Shown piece by piece: positions 1 to 10,673 of a DNA stretch of 64,000 nt. The notes under the pieces are model-generated. The model was not told where the DNA came from and searched no databases. It worked only from the letters and a program-made list of their open reading frames with translations. Origin of the DNA: an uncultured Actinomycetes bacterium (GTDB taxonomy: Bacteria; Actinomycetota; UBA4738; HRBIN12); assembly GCA_963734685.1 (NCBI GenBank), contig CAVTIC010000006.1, forward strand, positions 211,320 to 275,319, given 5' to 3'. Every line of letters begins with the position of its first letter. The first letter of the stretch is position 1. The position numbers and the translations under genes are program-made.

Positions 1-1344
1 CGCGATCGCGGTCTGTTGCCCGGGCGTGAGCCCGAGTACCGCGAGGCTCGGCACCAGCACCGCTTCGAGCCTCGTGAACAGGATCGTGCCGAGCAGCGCG
101 ATGCCGAACACGCCTCCGACCTCGCGGCTGGTGTTCGTCATCGCGGAGCCGAGACCGGCCCGCTGCGGTCCCACTGAGTTCATCACCGCGGCGGTCATGG
201 GCGCCATCGTGGCTCCCATTCCGTGACCCATGATCGCGAAGAGCACACCCATCACCCAGTACGGGGTGTCGGGGGTCAGACGCGAGAGCGCGAGGAGCCC
301 GCCGCCGGCCAGGATCAATCCGTACGTCATGGGCGCCCGCGATCCGTGCTTGGAGGCGTACCGTCCTGAGTTGGGTGCCGTCACCACGATCATCAGCGTC
401 ATCGGCAGGAACCGAAGGCCGGTCTCGAACGCCGTGTAGCCCCGCAGGAAGGGGCTCTGCATGAACAGGCTGAGGAAGAAGAACGTCGCGAACATGCCGA
501 GCGAGACGGAGAACGCGACGACGTTGCCGGCCGTGAACGCCGGGATGCGGAAGAACGAGAGCGGCATCATCGCGTGCGGGCTACGGCTTTCCCATACGAG
601 GAAGGCCACCCCGAGCGCTGCGCCGGCGACGAGGCCGGTCACGATCAGCGGATCGCTCCACCCTCGCTGGTTCGCCTCGATCAGCGAGTAGGTGAGTGCG
701 AACAGGGCGCCGGTGCCGAGCAGCAGGCCCCCGACGTCGAGGCTCCTCGCCTCGTCGGAGCGCGACTCACGCACCGTGCGAACGGCCACCGCGAACGCCA
801 GGATGCCGATCGGCACGTTCACGAAGAACACCGACTCCCAGCCGAGGTGCTCGACCATGTATCCGCCGAGCGTGGGACCGAGTGCGAGCGCCAGGCCAGA
901 CACGCCTGCCCACAGCCCGATCGCCTTGGCGCGCTCGTGCGGCGGGAACGTCACCGTGAGGATCGACAGCGTGCCGGGCATCAGCAGCGCAGCGCCGACG
1001 CCCTGCAGAGCGCGCGCGCCGATCAGCTGCGTGCTCGAGGAAGCGAGGCCGCACGCCAGCGACGACATCGTGAAGATCGCGAGCCCCGTCAGGAACATGC
1101 GCTTGCGCCCGTAGCGATCGCCCAGGATGCCGCCGGTGAGCAGCAGCGAGGCGAACGCGAGCACGTACCCGTCGACGATCCACTGCAGGTCGGACAGGCT
1201 GGCGCCCAGTTCGCGGTTGAGCGTCGGCAGCGCCACGTTCACGACGGTGTTGTCGATCATCACCATCGCGAGCGCGAAGCACATCGTGAGTAGCACGACG
1301 ACCTTCTCGCGCGCGTGCTCACCTTCGAAACCGAACAGACCCAC
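1..1344 (-). CDS. MFS transporter, DHA2/EmrB-like drug:H+ antiporter (C-terminus runs off the window edge)
   Basis: The minus-strand reading frame is open from GTG at 1344 (GGAG 5 nt upstream) to position 1. Translation VGLFGFEGEHAREKVVVLLTMCFALAMVMIDNTVVNVALPTL...GDRYGRKRMFLTGLAIF...LMPGTLSIL... shows the typical MFS 14-TMS motif pattern. It is absent from the ORF track because it is unterminated. Confidence 0.8.
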   Translation of the reverse strand, partial: MGLFGFEGEHAREKVVVLLTMCFALAMVMIDNTVVNVALPTLNRELGASLSDLQWIVDGYVLAFASLLLTGGILGDRYGRKRMFLTGLAIFTMSSLACGLASSSTQLIGARALQGVGAALLMPGTLSILTVTFPPHERAKAIGLWAGVSGLALALGPTLGGYMVEHLGWESVFFVNVPIGILAFAVAVRTVRESRSDEARSLDVGGLLLGTGALFALTYSLIEANQRGWSDPLIVTGLVAGAALGVAFLVWESRSPHAMMPLSFFRIPAFTAGNVVAFSVSLGMFATFFFLSLFMQSPFLRGYTAFETGLRFLPMTLMIVVTAPNSGRYASKHGSRAPMTYGLILAGGGLLALSRLTPDTPYWVMGVLFAIMGHGMGATMAPMTAAVMNSVGPQRAGLGSAMTNTSREVGGVFGIALLGTILFTRLEAVLVPSLAVLGLTPGQQTAIA

Positions 1345-1418
1345 GGGCACTCCTCGTCCGATGCGCGGCTCGAGGTCTTCGAACGCGCCGGGCCCTCGCG
1401 ATGTTCCTGCCGAGCCCG

Positions 1419-2282
1419 TCAGTCCAGCCTGCGGTAGAGCCGGATCGCGAGCGGCACGGCGATCGCCAGGATGATCGCGATCCACATGACCGATTTGAAG
1501 AGCAGGTTCTCGAGCGTGTCGACGGGGACGTTCGTGATCGGGTCGGTGATGCCGAGGGGGCCGTTGGACAGGTACCTCGCGAGGTTGCACCAGATCGAGA
1601 CCGGATTCGCACGGGCGATGGGTTGGAGCCAGCTGACCATGCCCTCGACCGGCGCGAACGCCGAACTGACGAAGACGACCGGGAAGATCAGCGTGAACGA
1701 CGCCGCCTGCACCGCCTCGACCTGCTTCAGGGCCAGTCCCAGGCACGCGAAGACCCACGACCACGCGAACCCGACGGCGAGCACGAGCAACACGACGCCG
1801 ACGGCCGGCACGAACCCGTACATGAACCGGAAGCCCACGAGGTAGCCGATGACGATGACGAGCAACACGAGCAGGAAGTTCTTCGCGAGGTCGGACGTCG
1901 TGCGGCCGGCGAGGACCGCGGATCGCGCCATCGGCAGCGACCGGAATCGATCGATGATGCCGGTCTTCAAGTCCTCGGCGAGCCCGACCGCCGTCGTCGT
2001 CGCGCCGAAGATCGCGTTCTGCACGAAGATGCCCGGCATCAGGAACTGCACGTAGTCGAGGCCTTCGGGCAGGAAACGGAACTGGTTCGCGTAGATGAAC
2101 CGGAACAGCAGCACGAACATCACCGGCTGCACCAGCTCGAAGATGAACACCGTCGGGACCCTGGTGAGCGTCACGAGGTTCCGCCTCGCGACCAGCAGCC
2201 CGTCGGCCAGCGCGAGGGCGATGCGCCCACCCATGCTCGAGGGGGCCCGGCGGTCGGCCGGCGCCTGCACCACCGCACTCAT
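1419..2282 (-). CDS. ABC-2 type transporter permease (DrrB-like)
   Basis: 287-aa ORF with multi-pass hydrophobic segments. Its start overlaps the upstream ATPase stop (ATGA). Co-directional with the MFS gene. Confidence 0.85.
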   Translation of the reverse strand: MSAVVQAPADRRAPSSMGGRIALALADGLLVARRNLVTLTRVPTVFIFELVQPVMFVLLFRFIYANQFRFLPEGLDYVQFLMPGIFVQNAIFGATTTAVGLAEDLKTGIIDRFRSLPMARSAVLAGRTTSDLAKNFLLVLLVIVIGYLVGFRFMYGFVPAVGVVLLVLAVGFAWSWVFACLGLALKQVEAVQAASFTLIFPVVFVSSAFAPVEGMVSWLQPIARANPVSIWCNLARYLSNGPLGITDPITNVPVDTLENLLFKSVMWIAIILAIAVPLAIRLYRRLD

Positions 2283-3313
2283 GCGTTCTCCTCCTTCTTG
2301 GCTTTCTTGGCTCGGCGTCCCTTGCCCCGGTCACGCCCTGCCGGCTCGGTCTCGGGTTCGGAGCCGTCCTCGGCCACCCGGCCGGTGAGCGACAGGAACA
2401 CGTCGTCGAGCGTGGGCCGATGCAGGGCGATGTCGGCCACCCAGATCTTGTTCTCGTCGAGCCGGAGCACGCTCTCGCGCAGCGCGTCGAAGCCCTCGTT
2501 GCCCACAGGGATGCGCACGAGCCCTGCGTCGTCGTCGACGGCGGGCGCCCCGGCGCCGACGCCGGTGAGCGCCTCGGCCACGCGGGCGATGTTGGCTCGG
2601 TTCTCGACGTGCAGCTCGAGCACCTCGCCTCCGATGCGATCCTTGAGCTCGTCGCTCGTGCCCTCGGCGATCACGGTGCCGACGTCGATCACCGCGATGC
2701 GGTCGGCAAGCTGGTCGGCTTCATCCAGATATTGCGTCGTAAGCAGCAGCGTCGTGCCGTCTGCCTGCAGCTCGCGGATGAAGTCCCACACGTCGATGCG
2801 GCTGCGCGGGTCGAGACCGGTCGTGGGCTCGTCGAGGAACAGGATGTCGGGTCGCCCCACGAGGCTCGCCGCGAGATCGAGGCGCCGACGCATGCCGCCC
2901 GAGTACGTCTTCGCGGAGCGATCGGCTGCGTCGGACAGCCCGAAGCGCTCGAGCACCTCGCCGCCGCGCCGACGGGCCTCGGCCTTCGGCAGGTGGTAGA
3001 GGCGCCCGACGAGCTCGAGGTTCTCGCGTCCGGTCAGGTTCTCGTCGATCGCGGCACTCTGCCCCGCGAGCCCGATGCGGAAGCGCAGTTCCTCGGCGTC
3101 GCGCACGACGTCGAGGCCGTCGACCTCGGCGCGGCCGCTCGTCGGAGCGAGCAGTGTCGTGAGGATGCGCACGGCGGTCGTCTTACCGGCGCCGTTGGGT
3201 CCGAGCATGCCGAGCACGGTGCCCTTCTGCACCTCGAGATCGACACCCTTGAGTGCCTCGACCTCACCGAAGTGCTTGACCAGCTGTTCGGTCCTGATGA
3301 TGGGAGAGGACAT
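2279..3313 (-). CDS. ABC transporter ATP-binding protein (DrrA-like)
   Basis: Walker [10 protein letters not shown], signature [12 protein letters not shown], Walker [13 protein letters not shown]. Lys-rich C-terminal tail. Confidence 0.9.
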   Translation of the reverse strand: MSSPIIRTEQLVKHFGEVEALKGVDLEVQKGTVLGMLGPNGAGKTTAVRILTTLLAPTSGRAEVDGLDVVRDAEELRFRIGLAGQSAAIDENLTGRENLELVGRLYHLPKAEARRRGGEVLERFGLSDAADRSAKTYSGGMRRRLDLAASLVGRPDILFLDEPTTGLDPRSRIDVWDFIRELQADGTTLLLTTQYLDEADQLADRIAVIDVGTVIAEGTSDELKDRIGGEVLELHVENRANIARVAEALTGVGAGAPAVDDDAGLVRIPVGNEGFDALRESVLRLDENKIWVADIALHRPTLDDVFLSLTGRVAEDGSEPETEPAGRDRGKGRRAKKAKKEENA

Positions 3314-3410
3314 GGTTCGGAAACCCTACCGAGCCGGACCGACAACGCCCGCCCTCGAGACCATGCGCCTGTGCGGTTCCTCGACCGAAACAGGATCGGG
3401 TACGCCCGTG

Positions 3411-3434
3411 CCATATACCCCTGGGGGTATATGG
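3411..3434. promoter_or_regulatory. Perfect palindrome CCATATACCCC-TG-GGGGTATATGG, candidate CsoR/CstR-type operator
   Basis: Read directly: 11-bp arms around a TG centre, 34 nt upstream of the DUF156 repressor start and in the divergent intergenic region shared with the DrrA-like ABC gene. GC-rich ATACCCC...GGGGTAT palindromes are the known operator type for CsoR-family repressors. Confidence 0.55.
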
Positions 3435-3467
3435 TTCCAACGTCGTGACCACGAGGAGGAAACGCGG

Positions 3468-3737
3468 ATGAACGTCGACGCCACCGAGCTACGCGAGGTC
3501 GTGAACCGCCTGCATCGTGTGCAGGGCCAGGTCGAGGGCCTGGCGACGATGATCGAGGAAGGCCGGGACTGCCGCGACGTCGTTCGCCAGTTCGGGGCGT
3601 CGGCCCGAGCGCTCGAGCGTGCCGGAGCGCGATACCTGGTGGCGAACCTCACCGCCTGCCTCCGCGACGAAGAGGCCGCGGCGGCCGAGGGGTACGACAC
3701 CGAGGAGTTGCAGCGCCTGTTCCTGCAGCTGGCATGA
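3468..3737 (+). CDS. CsoR/RcnR-family (DUF156) transcriptional repressor with a C35-N60-C64 sensing triad
   Basis: 89 aa; AGGAGGA RBS 8 nt upstream. [22 protein letters not shown]...[10 protein letters not shown] aligns to RcnR/CsoR helices. The ORF track's 3075 start is an upstream extension. Confidence 0.85.
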   Translation: MNVDATELREVVNRLHRVQGQVEGLATMIEEGRDCRDVVRQFGASARALERAGARYLVANLTACLRDEEAAAAEGYDTEELQRLFLQLA

Positions 3738-3861
3738 GGTCCCGCGCCCCCCGAGTAATCCGTATTACGCCGAGGGAATAGTCGTCCGGGCGGCGTCGTT
3801 CTTGCACCTGCAAGGCCGGTGCGGTCACGTTGCCGCACCCCGACCCTACGGAGACGATGAG

Positions 3862-6222
3862 ATGCCCGACATCGATACCCCTGAGATCGACCAGCAGGTC
3901 CTACCCCTTCTTCCTCTGACCACGGGAGTCGTGCTGCCCGGCATGGTCGTGACCCTCACCCTTGAGACCGATGAAGCCCACGCCGCGGCCGAGGCCGCCG
4001 CGTCGACCGACGCCGCGTTGCTGCTGCTCGTGCCCAAGGTCGACGGCCGCTACGCCCGCGTGGGCACGGTCGCCAAGATCGAGGAGCTGGGCCAGACGCG
4101 CAGCGGCGTCGAGGCGCTGGTGATCCGCGGGCTCTCGCGCGCCGTGGTCGGTGTCGGGGTGCCCGGGACCGGCGAGGCCGTCTGGGTACAGGCCGAGCCG
4201 GTCGAGGAAGCTGAGGCGACTCCCCGCGCCCGTGAGCTCGTCCGCGAGTATCGGGCCGTGATCCAGAACATCGTCGAGGCGCGAGGCGTGCCGCAGGTGG
4301 CGGAGTTCCTCCGCGGCATCGATGACCCGGGACAGATCGCCGACACGTCCGGGTACTCGCCCGACCTGAGCTTCGAGCAGAAGATCGAGGTGCTCGAGAG
4401 CCTCGACGTCGAGGCGCGGCTCGAGCTGGTCACGACGTGGGCGAAGGACACGCTCGCCGAGATCGAGCTGAAGGACAAGATCCGCACCGACGTCAGCGAG
4501 GGCATGGAGAAGCGCCAGCGCGAGTTCCTGCTGCGCGAGCAGATGAGCGCGATCCGAAAGGAGCTCGGCGAGGACGGCGAGGAAGACGTCGTCGAGTCCT
4601 ACCGGGCGACGATCGCCGAAGCGGGGATGCCCGAGGACGTGCTCGTCCAGGCCGAGAAGGAGCTCGGGCGGCTCGAGCGCACCAGCGAGCAGTCGCCCGA
4701 GTACGGCTGGATCCGCACGTACCTCGACTGGCTGATCGACGTGCCCTGGGCCACCCGGACCGACGACAACCTCGAGATCGCAGAGGCGCGTGCGGTGCTC
4801 GACGCCGACCACGAAGGCCTGGACGATGTGAAGGACCGCATCCTCGAGTACCTGGCCGTGCGGAAGCTCCGCGCCGAGCGCGGGCTCGGGGAGGCGACCG
4901 GCCGCGGCTCGGGCGCGATCCTCACCCTGATCGGACCTCCCGGTGTGGGCAAGACGTCCCTCGGCGAGTCCGTCGCGCGCGCGCTCGGCCGCACGTTCGT
5001 GCGCGTCTCGCTCGGCGGTATCCACGACGAGGCCGAGATCCGTGGGCATCGGCGCACCTACGTGGGCGCGCTGCCCGGCCGCATCGTGCGCGCGCTGAAG
5101 GACGCCGGCTCGAAGAACCCCGTGATGATGCTCGACGAGATCGACAAGGTCGGGGCCGACTGGCGGGGCGATCCCTCGAGCGCGCTGCTCGAGGTGCTCG
5201 ACCCGGCGCAGAACCACACGTTCCGCGACCACTACCTCGACGTCGACCTCGACCTCAGCGAGGTCCTGTTCATCACCACGGCCAACGTGGCTGAGACGAT
5301 CCCCGGCCCCCTCTTCGACCGTATGGAAGTGATCCGGATCGACGGCTATACCGAGGACGAGAAGGTCGCGATCGCCAAGCACCACCTGGTGGCGCGGCAG
5401 CGCGAGCGCAACGGTCTTCGAGAGGACGAGGTTCGCTTCACCGACGACGCCCTGCGGACGATCGTCGGCGACTACACGAGGGAGGCCGGCGTGCGCAACC
5501 TCGAGCGGGAGCTCGGGAAGGCGCTGCGGAAGGTCGCGACGAAGGTCGCGTCGGACCACGTCGAGCTGCCCGTGACGATCGAGCCGGACGACGTGCGTGA
5601 GTACCTGGGGCGCCAGAAGTTCTTCTTCGAGGCCGCCGAACGCACCGCGGTGCCCGGCGTCGCGACCGGCCTCGCGGTCACGGGCGTCGGAGGAGACGTG
5701 CTGTTCATCGAGGCGTCGCGCGAAGCGGGCGGTGATTCACCCGACGGGCTGACCCTCACCGGGCAGCTCGGCGACGTGATGAAGGAATCCGCCCAGATCG
5801 CCCTGAGCTACGTGCGCTCGCACGCCGAGGAGCTCGGCATCGCGCCGGAGCGCCTGCGCGGACGGTTCCACGTGCACGTGCCGGCGGGCGCCGTGCCCAA
5901 AGACGGGCCGAGCGCGGGTGTCACGATGACGACCGCCCTCGTCTCGCTGCTCACCGACACCGAGGTACGCGCGGAGGTGGGCATGACCGGCGAGGTCACG
6001 CTGCAGGGCCGCGTGCTGCCGATCGGTGGCGTGAAGCAGAAGGTGCTCGCCGCACACCGATCCGGTCTGAAGGAGGTCGTGCTTCCGAAGCGGAACGAGG
6101 GCGATCTCGACGACGTCCCCGAGCAGGTTCGCGACCAGATGACGTTCCACGTCGTCGAGGGGATCGACGAGGTGCTCACGGTGGCGTTGCGCGCCGAGGA
6201 GGCGGTAGGGTCGGCCGCGTGA
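3862..6222 (+). CDS. lon: ATP-dependent Lon protease
   Basis: Lon N-terminal domain, AAA+ Walker [10 protein letters not shown], catalytic PKDGPSAGV...K. GGAG 9 nt upstream of ATG at 3862. Confidence 0.9.
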   Translation: MPDIDTPEIDQQVLPLLPLTTGVVLPGMVVTLTLETDEAHAAAEAAASTDAALLLLVPKVDGRYARVGTVAKIEELGQTRSGVEALVIRGLSRAVVGVGVPGTGEAVWVQAEPVEEAEATPRARELVREYRAVIQNIVEARGVPQVAEFLRGIDDPGQIADTSGYSPDLSFEQKIEVLESLDVEARLELVTTWAKDTLAEIELKDKIRTDVSEGMEKRQREFLLREQMSAIRKELGEDGEEDVVESYRATIAEAGMPEDVLVQAEKELGRLERTSEQSPEYGWIRTYLDWLIDVPWATRTDDNLEIAEARAVLDADHEGLDDVKDRILEYLAVRKLRAERGLGEATGRGSGAILTLIGPPGVGKTSLGESVARALGRTFVRVSLGGIHDEAEIRGHRRTYVGALPGRIVRALKDAGSKNPVMMLDEIDKVGADWRGDPSSALLEVLDPAQNHTFRDHYLDVDLDLSEVLFITTANVAETIPGPLFDRMEVIRIDGYTEDEKVAIAKHHLVARQRERNGLREDEVRFTDDALRTIVGDYTREAGVRNLERELGKALRKVATKVASDHVELPVTIEPDDVREYLGRQKFFFEAAERTAVPGVATGLAVTGVGGDVLFIEASREAGGDSPDGLTLTGQLGDVMKESAQIALSYVRSHAEELGIAPERLRGRFHVHVPAGAVPKDGPSAGVTMTTALVSLLTDTEVRAEVGMTGEVTLQGRVLPIGGVKQKVLAAHRSGLKEVVLPKRNEGDLDDVPEQVRDQMTFHVVEGIDEVLTVALRAEEAVGSAA

Positions 6223-6818
6223 ACCTCGCGGTCTTCGGGGCGGCCGGCGCGACCGGCCGCCCACTCGTGGCGCAGGCGCTCGAACGGGGGCACATCGTCA
6301 CCGCGCTCGCACGCACGCCTCCCCTCGACGGCTCGCTCGACGGTGTCGCGCGGATCGTGACCGGAGACGCACGCAACGTCGACGCGGTCACATCCGCGCT
6401 GCGCGACGTCGATGCGGTGATCTCGGCGATGGGTCCCAGGGGCGCGGAGCCCGGCGCCGTCTACTCGAACGCGATCGGCACGCTCTCGCGCGCGATGCGC
6501 GACGCCGGGCCGCGGCGACTCGTGATCTCTGCGAACTCGCGGGTGTTCGACGACCGTCCCCTCGACGGTCCCTATGCAGCCGTCTCACAGGAGCACCGAG
6601 ACGCCCTGGCCACGCTCCGAGCATGCGATCTCGACTGGACCATGGTGGCCGCACCGATGCTCTCCGACGACGAGCCCACCGGTTCCTACGAGAGCGTCGT
6701 GGGAGCGCGCGGCCGCGGGAGATCGATCTCGCGTGCCGACCTCGCCTCCGCCCTGCTCGACGCCCTCGATCGCCCGGAGTGGATCGGCGAGGTCGTCGAC
6801 GTCTCGACCCCGGGTTGA
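6219..6818 (+). CDS. NAD(P)H-binding protein (SDR/NmrA-like)
   Basis: N-terminal Rossmann motif VFGAAGATG. Start GTG overlaps the lon stop (GTGA). Confidence 0.7.
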   Translation: MNLAVFGAAGATGRPLVAQALERGHIVTALARTPPLDGSLDGVARIVTGDARNVDAVTSALRDVDAVISAMGPRGAEPGAVYSNAIGTLSRAMRDAGPRRLVISANSRVFDDRPLDGPYAAVSQEHRDALATLRACDLDWTMVAAPMLSDDEPTGSYESVVGARGRGRSISRADLASALLDALDRPEWIGEVVDVSTPG

Positions 6819-6866
6819 GCGCGCCGTCCGACAGCTCGCGTGAACCATCCCTAAGCTGGCTGACGT

Positions 6867-7781
6867 GTGCCTGCCGATGACTCCCGCATGCTCGAGCTGA
6901 CCGGCCTGCGCCGGACCTTCGGTGGGATCGTCGCGCTCGACGACGTGTCGTTCACCGTGCCCGAGGGCAGCATCGTCGGGTTCGTCGGGCCGAACGGGGC
7001 GGGCAAGACGACCGCGATGCGCATCGCGCTCGGCGTGCTCACGCCCGACGCCGGCGAGGTGCGTTGGCGCAGCGAGCCGGTCGATGCGCGGGTCCGACGT
7101 CGCTTCGGCTACATGCCCGAGGAACGCGGGCTCTACCCGAAGATGCGTGTGCTCGACCAGCTCGTGTACCTGGCGAGACTGCACGGTGTCGGCCGGACCG
7201 ACGCGCGTCGACGCGCGCAGGAGACGCTCGACGTGCTGGGAGTGGTAGGGCGCTCGAAGGATCGCGTCGAGGCGCTCTCGCTCGGCAACCAACAGCGGGT
7301 GCAGCTGGCGTCGGCGCTCGTGCACGAACCGGACCTGCTCGTGCTCGATGAGCCCTTCTCGGGGCTCGACCCCGTGGGGGTCGACGTGCTCTCGGGCATG
7401 CTCAGGCGTCAGGCGACGAACCACGGCGTGCCCGTGGTCTTCTCGAGCCATCAGCTCGATCTCGTGGAACGGCTCTGCGACGCCGTCGTGCTGATCGACG
7501 GTGGCCGGATCGTGGCCCAGGGCACGATCGCGGAGCTGCGGTCACGCCGCGAGCGGCGCCTCTTCGTCGTGGAGGTACGTGGTGCGGTCGACGGATGGTA
7601 CGGGTCGATCCCGGGAGTGGCGCTCGCCGAGCCGTCGTCCGACGGGCTGGTACTCGAGCTGGGCGACGGTGTCGACGAACAGCGGGTGCTCGACCTCGCT
7701 CGTGCTTCCGGAGACGTGGTGCGGTTCGGTCCGGTGCGCCCGACCCTCGCCGAGTTGTTCCGAGAGGTGGTCGGCGCGTGA
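6867..7781 (+). CDS. ABC transporter ATP-binding protein (ABC-2 family, C-terminal DUF4162-like extension)
   Basis: Walker [10 protein letters not shown], signature LSLGNQQRV, Walker B LLVLDEPFSGLD. Alternative start at 6888. Confidence 0.85.
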   Translation: MPADDSRMLELTGLRRTFGGIVALDDVSFTVPEGSIVGFVGPNGAGKTTAMRIALGVLTPDAGEVRWRSEPVDARVRRRFGYMPEERGLYPKMRVLDQLVYLARLHGVGRTDARRRAQETLDVLGVVGRSKDRVEALSLGNQQRVQLASALVHEPDLLVLDEPFSGLDPVGVDVLSGMLRRQATNHGVPVVFSSHQLDLVERLCDAVVLIDGGRIVAQGTIAELRSRRERRLFVVEVRGAVDGWYGSIPGVALAEPSSDGLVLELGDGVDEQRVLDLARASGDVVRFGPVRPTLAELFREVVGA

Positions 7782-9013
7782 GCGATCAGCGTCCTCGCGA
7801 GACCGACCGTGGCACCTGGCGTCTCGTGGCGGCCCGCGACTTCTGGGTCCGCCTGCGCGACAAGGGGTTCGTGATCTCCACGGCGATCACGCTCACCGTG
7901 CTTTCGGTGTTCATCCTCGTCCGGGCCTACGGGGGCGACTCCGCGCCCTCGTTCGATCTGGGCCTGACGGGGCGCGATCCCGCAGCCCTCGAGACGACCG
8001 CGGCGGCGCTCGACGAGGTCGCCGCACGCAGGGGGATCGAGCTCATCACGCGGTTGTGGAACGACGAGGCGACCGCGGAGGAAGCGCTGCTGGCCGGACG
8101 GCTGGACGCCGTGCTGCGGGAGGACGGTACCCTCGTGGGCAAGGCCTCGGTGCCGCCCACGCTGACTCAGCTGGTTCAGGACGCCGTCGTGCGATCCCGG
8201 ATCACTCGCTCCCTCGACGAAGCCGGCGTACCGCCAGACGAGGTCGAGGATCTCCTCAACCAGACGGCGATCGAGGTGCGCACGCTCGAGCCGCAGGATC
8301 CGAACCGTGACGAGAACGCCGGCATCGCGTTCATCGCCGTGCTGCTCGCCTACGGCCAGCTCTTCGGCTACGGGGTGTGGGTCGCGACCGGCGTGATCGA
8401 GGAGAAGGCGTCGCGCGTGGTCGAGATCCTGCTCTCGGCGATCCGTCCGCGGCAGCTGCTCGCCGGCAAGATCGCCGGCATCGGCCTGCTCGGCATCGTG
8501 CAGCTGGCGTTCATCGCGACGTTCGCGATCGGACTCTCGCTCGTGACCGGCGCGCTCGAGCTCCCGGCCACCGCGGTGGGCATCGCGCTCGTGGTGCTCG
8601 TGTGGTTCGTGATGGGCTTCGCGTTCTACGCAGGCCTGTTCGCGGTCTCCGGCTCGCTCGTCTCCCGTATGGAGGAACTCCAGAACGCGCTGGTGCCGAT
8701 CAATCTCACGATCTTCGTCTCCTTCTTCATCTCGCTCGGCGCGCTCGAGAACCCCGACTCCACGCTGTCGGTCGTGGCGTCGGTGCTGCCGTTCTCGTCG
8801 GCGCTCGCGATGCCGGTGCGCATCGCACTCGGGTCGGCGACGGCGGCGCAGATCGCGCTGTCGGTCTCGCTGCTCGTCGCCGGTACGGGGTTGCTGGTGC
8901 CGCTCTCGGCCCGCCTGTACGCCGGGGCGGTGCTGAAGACCGGCTCCCGCGTGAAGCTCAGCGAGGCGTGGCGGTCGGCCGCGTCGAACGGCGGCGCGAC
9001 GGCGGATGCCTGA
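7778..9013 (+). CDS. ABC-2 family transporter permease
   Basis: GTG start overlaps the ATPase stop. About 6 TMS after a soluble N-terminal loop. The ORF-track start at 7595 is a GC-rich extension. Confidence 0.8.
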   Translation: MSDQRPRETDRGTWRLVAARDFWVRLRDKGFVISTAITLTVLSVFILVRAYGGDSAPSFDLGLTGRDPAALETTAAALDEVAARRGIELITRLWNDEATAEEALLAGRLDAVLREDGTLVGKASVPPTLTQLVQDAVVRSRITRSLDEAGVPPDEVEDLLNQTAIEVRTLEPQDPNRDENAGIAFIAVLLAYGQLFGYGVWVATGVIEEKASRVVEILLSAIRPRQLLAGKIAGIGLLGIVQLAFIATFAIGLSLVTGALELPATAVGIALVVLVWFVMGFAFYAGLFAVSGSLVSRMEELQNALVPINLTIFVSFFISLGALENPDSTLSVVASVLPFSSALAMPVRIALGSATAAQIALSVSLLVAGTGLLVPLSARLYAGAVLKTGSRVKLSEAWRSAASNGGATADA

Positions 9014-9908
9014 GCCGGTGGGCGCGACCGGCTGGACGCGGGAGAACGCGCGACACGCGCTCTCCCTGTTCCGCCACGGGCCGAACCCCGCTGCGACCGT
9101 GTACGACAGCATCGGGTCGGACTTCTCCGTGGCGCTCGCCCCCGGGTGGCTGAACCTGGGGCTCTGGGAAGGCGACGGCAGCGATCCCGACGAGGCGCCG
9201 ATGGCCGTACGTCGCCTGGTCGAGGCGATCGCCGGCGAGCTGCCGACGGACGGCGACGTGCTCGACGTCGGCAACGGCCTGGCCGAGCAGGATCCCTTGA
9301 TCGCCCTGGTGGCCGAGACCCGCAGCCTCACCGCCGTGAACATCACGCTCTCCCAACTCGTCACCGGGACGCCCCGCCTCGCCGAGGCGAGAGCCCGAGG
9401 TGTGAACGGCGACGCGACGCGACTCCCGCTCCGGAGCAGTTCGTTCGACGGTGTGATCAGCGTGGAGGCGGCGTTCCACTTCCCGTCGCGGGGCCAGTTC
9501 TTCGCGGAAGCGTTCCGCGTGCTGCGGCCGGGCGGCGTGCTGACGATGTCGGACATCCCGACCGCGCGGATGCCACGCACGCCCGGCGAGGCCCTCGCCG
9601 CGTGGACGCAGCTCCGCGCGTGGGGTCTCGGCATGCATGCGGCCGCGACCGCCGACGAGATCGTCGCGCTCGCGTTCGATGCCGGGTTCATCGACGTGCG
9701 CGCGGAGTCGGTGGGGGAGCGCACGATCGGCCCGGCCTTGCGGTTCGTGCGCACCCGGCTCGATCATGCGAGGAGCGAGCTGCCACGCGGCCACGAGCTC
9801 GCGCTACGGCTCATGCTGCGCCAGGTCGAGCTGCTGTGGGACCGGGGCGTGCTCGACTACATCCTGCTGCACGGCACGAAGCCGGACGACGAGCCCAACG
9901 TCGACTAG
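9006..9908 (+). CDS. Class I SAM-dependent methyltransferase
   Basis: Motif I VLDVGNGLAEQ and post-I DGVISVEAAFHF. Start overlaps the permease stop by 8 nt. Confidence 0.8.
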   Translation: MPEPVGATGWTRENARHALSLFRHGPNPAATVYDSIGSDFSVALAPGWLNLGLWEGDGSDPDEAPMAVRRLVEAIAGELPTDGDVLDVGNGLAEQDPLIALVAETRSLTAVNITLSQLVTGTPRLAEARARGVNGDATRLPLRSSSFDGVISVEAAFHFPSRGQFFAEAFRVLRPGGVLTMSDIPTARMPRTPGEALAAWTQLRAWGLGMHAAATADEIVALAFDAGFIDVRAESVGERTIGPALRFVRTRLDHARSELPRGHELALRLMLRQVELLWDRGVLDYILLHGTKPDDEPNVD

Positions 9909-10582
9909 TTGTGCTGGGTCGGGAGTTGCGGGATCAGCCAGCCGACGAAGTCGGCCGGACTTCGCGTCTGCATCCAGAGCCTCCCGGGCCCGGTGAACGT
10001 CGCGACGAGTCCTTCGCCCGAGAGCAGCGTCGACTTCCATCCGCCGACCTTGTTGACCTCGTACCCGATGCCTTCCTCGAACGCGACGATGTGGCCGGTG
10101 TCGATCTTCAACACCTCGCCGGCGCCGAGCTGCCGCTGCTCGATCGCGCCGTAGCTCGACACGAGCATGTCGCCCGCTCCGCTGCAGCGCAGCAGGAACA
10201 GGCCCTCGCCCGAGAAGAACGTCTTCGCGCCGCCCCACTTCGTGTCGACCTGGACACCGGTCTCCGAGGCGAGCCATGACCCCGACTGCACCATCAGCGC
10301 CTTCGACGCGTCCACGGGCATGTGCACGATGTCCCCCGGAAGCGTAGGCGAGACGGTGAGCTCGCCGCCCTGCGGTGCCCGGAACGTGTTGATGAAGAAG
10401 CTCTCGCCACCGAGCACCGATCGCTTCAGGCCCGCCATCATGCCGCCCTGCGCCTTGGTCTCGATCTCGACACCGCCGGACATGCTCGTCATGGCGCCGG
10501 CCTCGGCCTTGATCTCGCCGCCACCCGGGATCGTGACCACCGCCAACGCGAACGACGGGCTGAAACGGATATCGACATCCAT
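9905..10582 (-). CDS. AIM24/TIGR00266 (DUF124) family protein
   Basis: MDVDIRFSPSFALAVVTIPGGGEIKAEAGAM...GEGLFLLRCSGAGDMLVSSYGAIE... GGGAGG RBS before ATG at 10582. The upstream 89 aa in the track is an extension. Confidence 0.75.
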   Translation of the reverse strand: MDVDIRFSPSFALAVVTIPGGGEIKAEAGAMTSMSGGVEIETKAQGGMMAGLKRSVLGGESFFINTFRAPQGGELTVSPTLPGDIVHMPVDASKALMVQSGSWLASETGVQVDTKWGGAKTFFSGEGLFLLRCSGAGDMLVSSYGAIEQRQLGAGEVLKIDTGHIVAFEEGIGYEVNKVGGWKSTLLSGEGLVATFTGPGRLWMQTRSPADFVGWLIPQLPTQHN

Positions 10583-10673
10583 CGTGGGACCTCCCTCGGA
10601 TCGGGTCGTCGCGGGGCAGCCTACCCGCGGTTCGGAACCGTCCGACGGTCGACCTCGCGATACCCTGGCCACG

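Noticed and set aside
574-2999. Long Arg/Ala/Gly-rich ORFs in alternative frames (574..1293 +, 1401..2999 +, 767..1282 -)
   Set aside because: These are composition artefacts of 70% GC DNA overlapping the real MFS/ABC genes on the minus strand. They have low-complexity RRRG-type sequence and no motifs.
3075-3737. 220-aa version of the CsoR-family ORF; 867-aa version of lon (3619 start)
   Set aside because: The upstream extensions are Ser/Arg-rich, lack RBSs and cover the operator/promoter. Conserved N-termini begin at 3468 and 3862 with good RBSs.
7451-9754. 767-aa minus-strand ORF opposite the ABC-2 ATPase, permease and methyltransferase
   Set aside because: Arg/His/Glu/Asp low-complexity translation. 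The plus-strand genes have clear Walker and SAM motifs and translational coupling.
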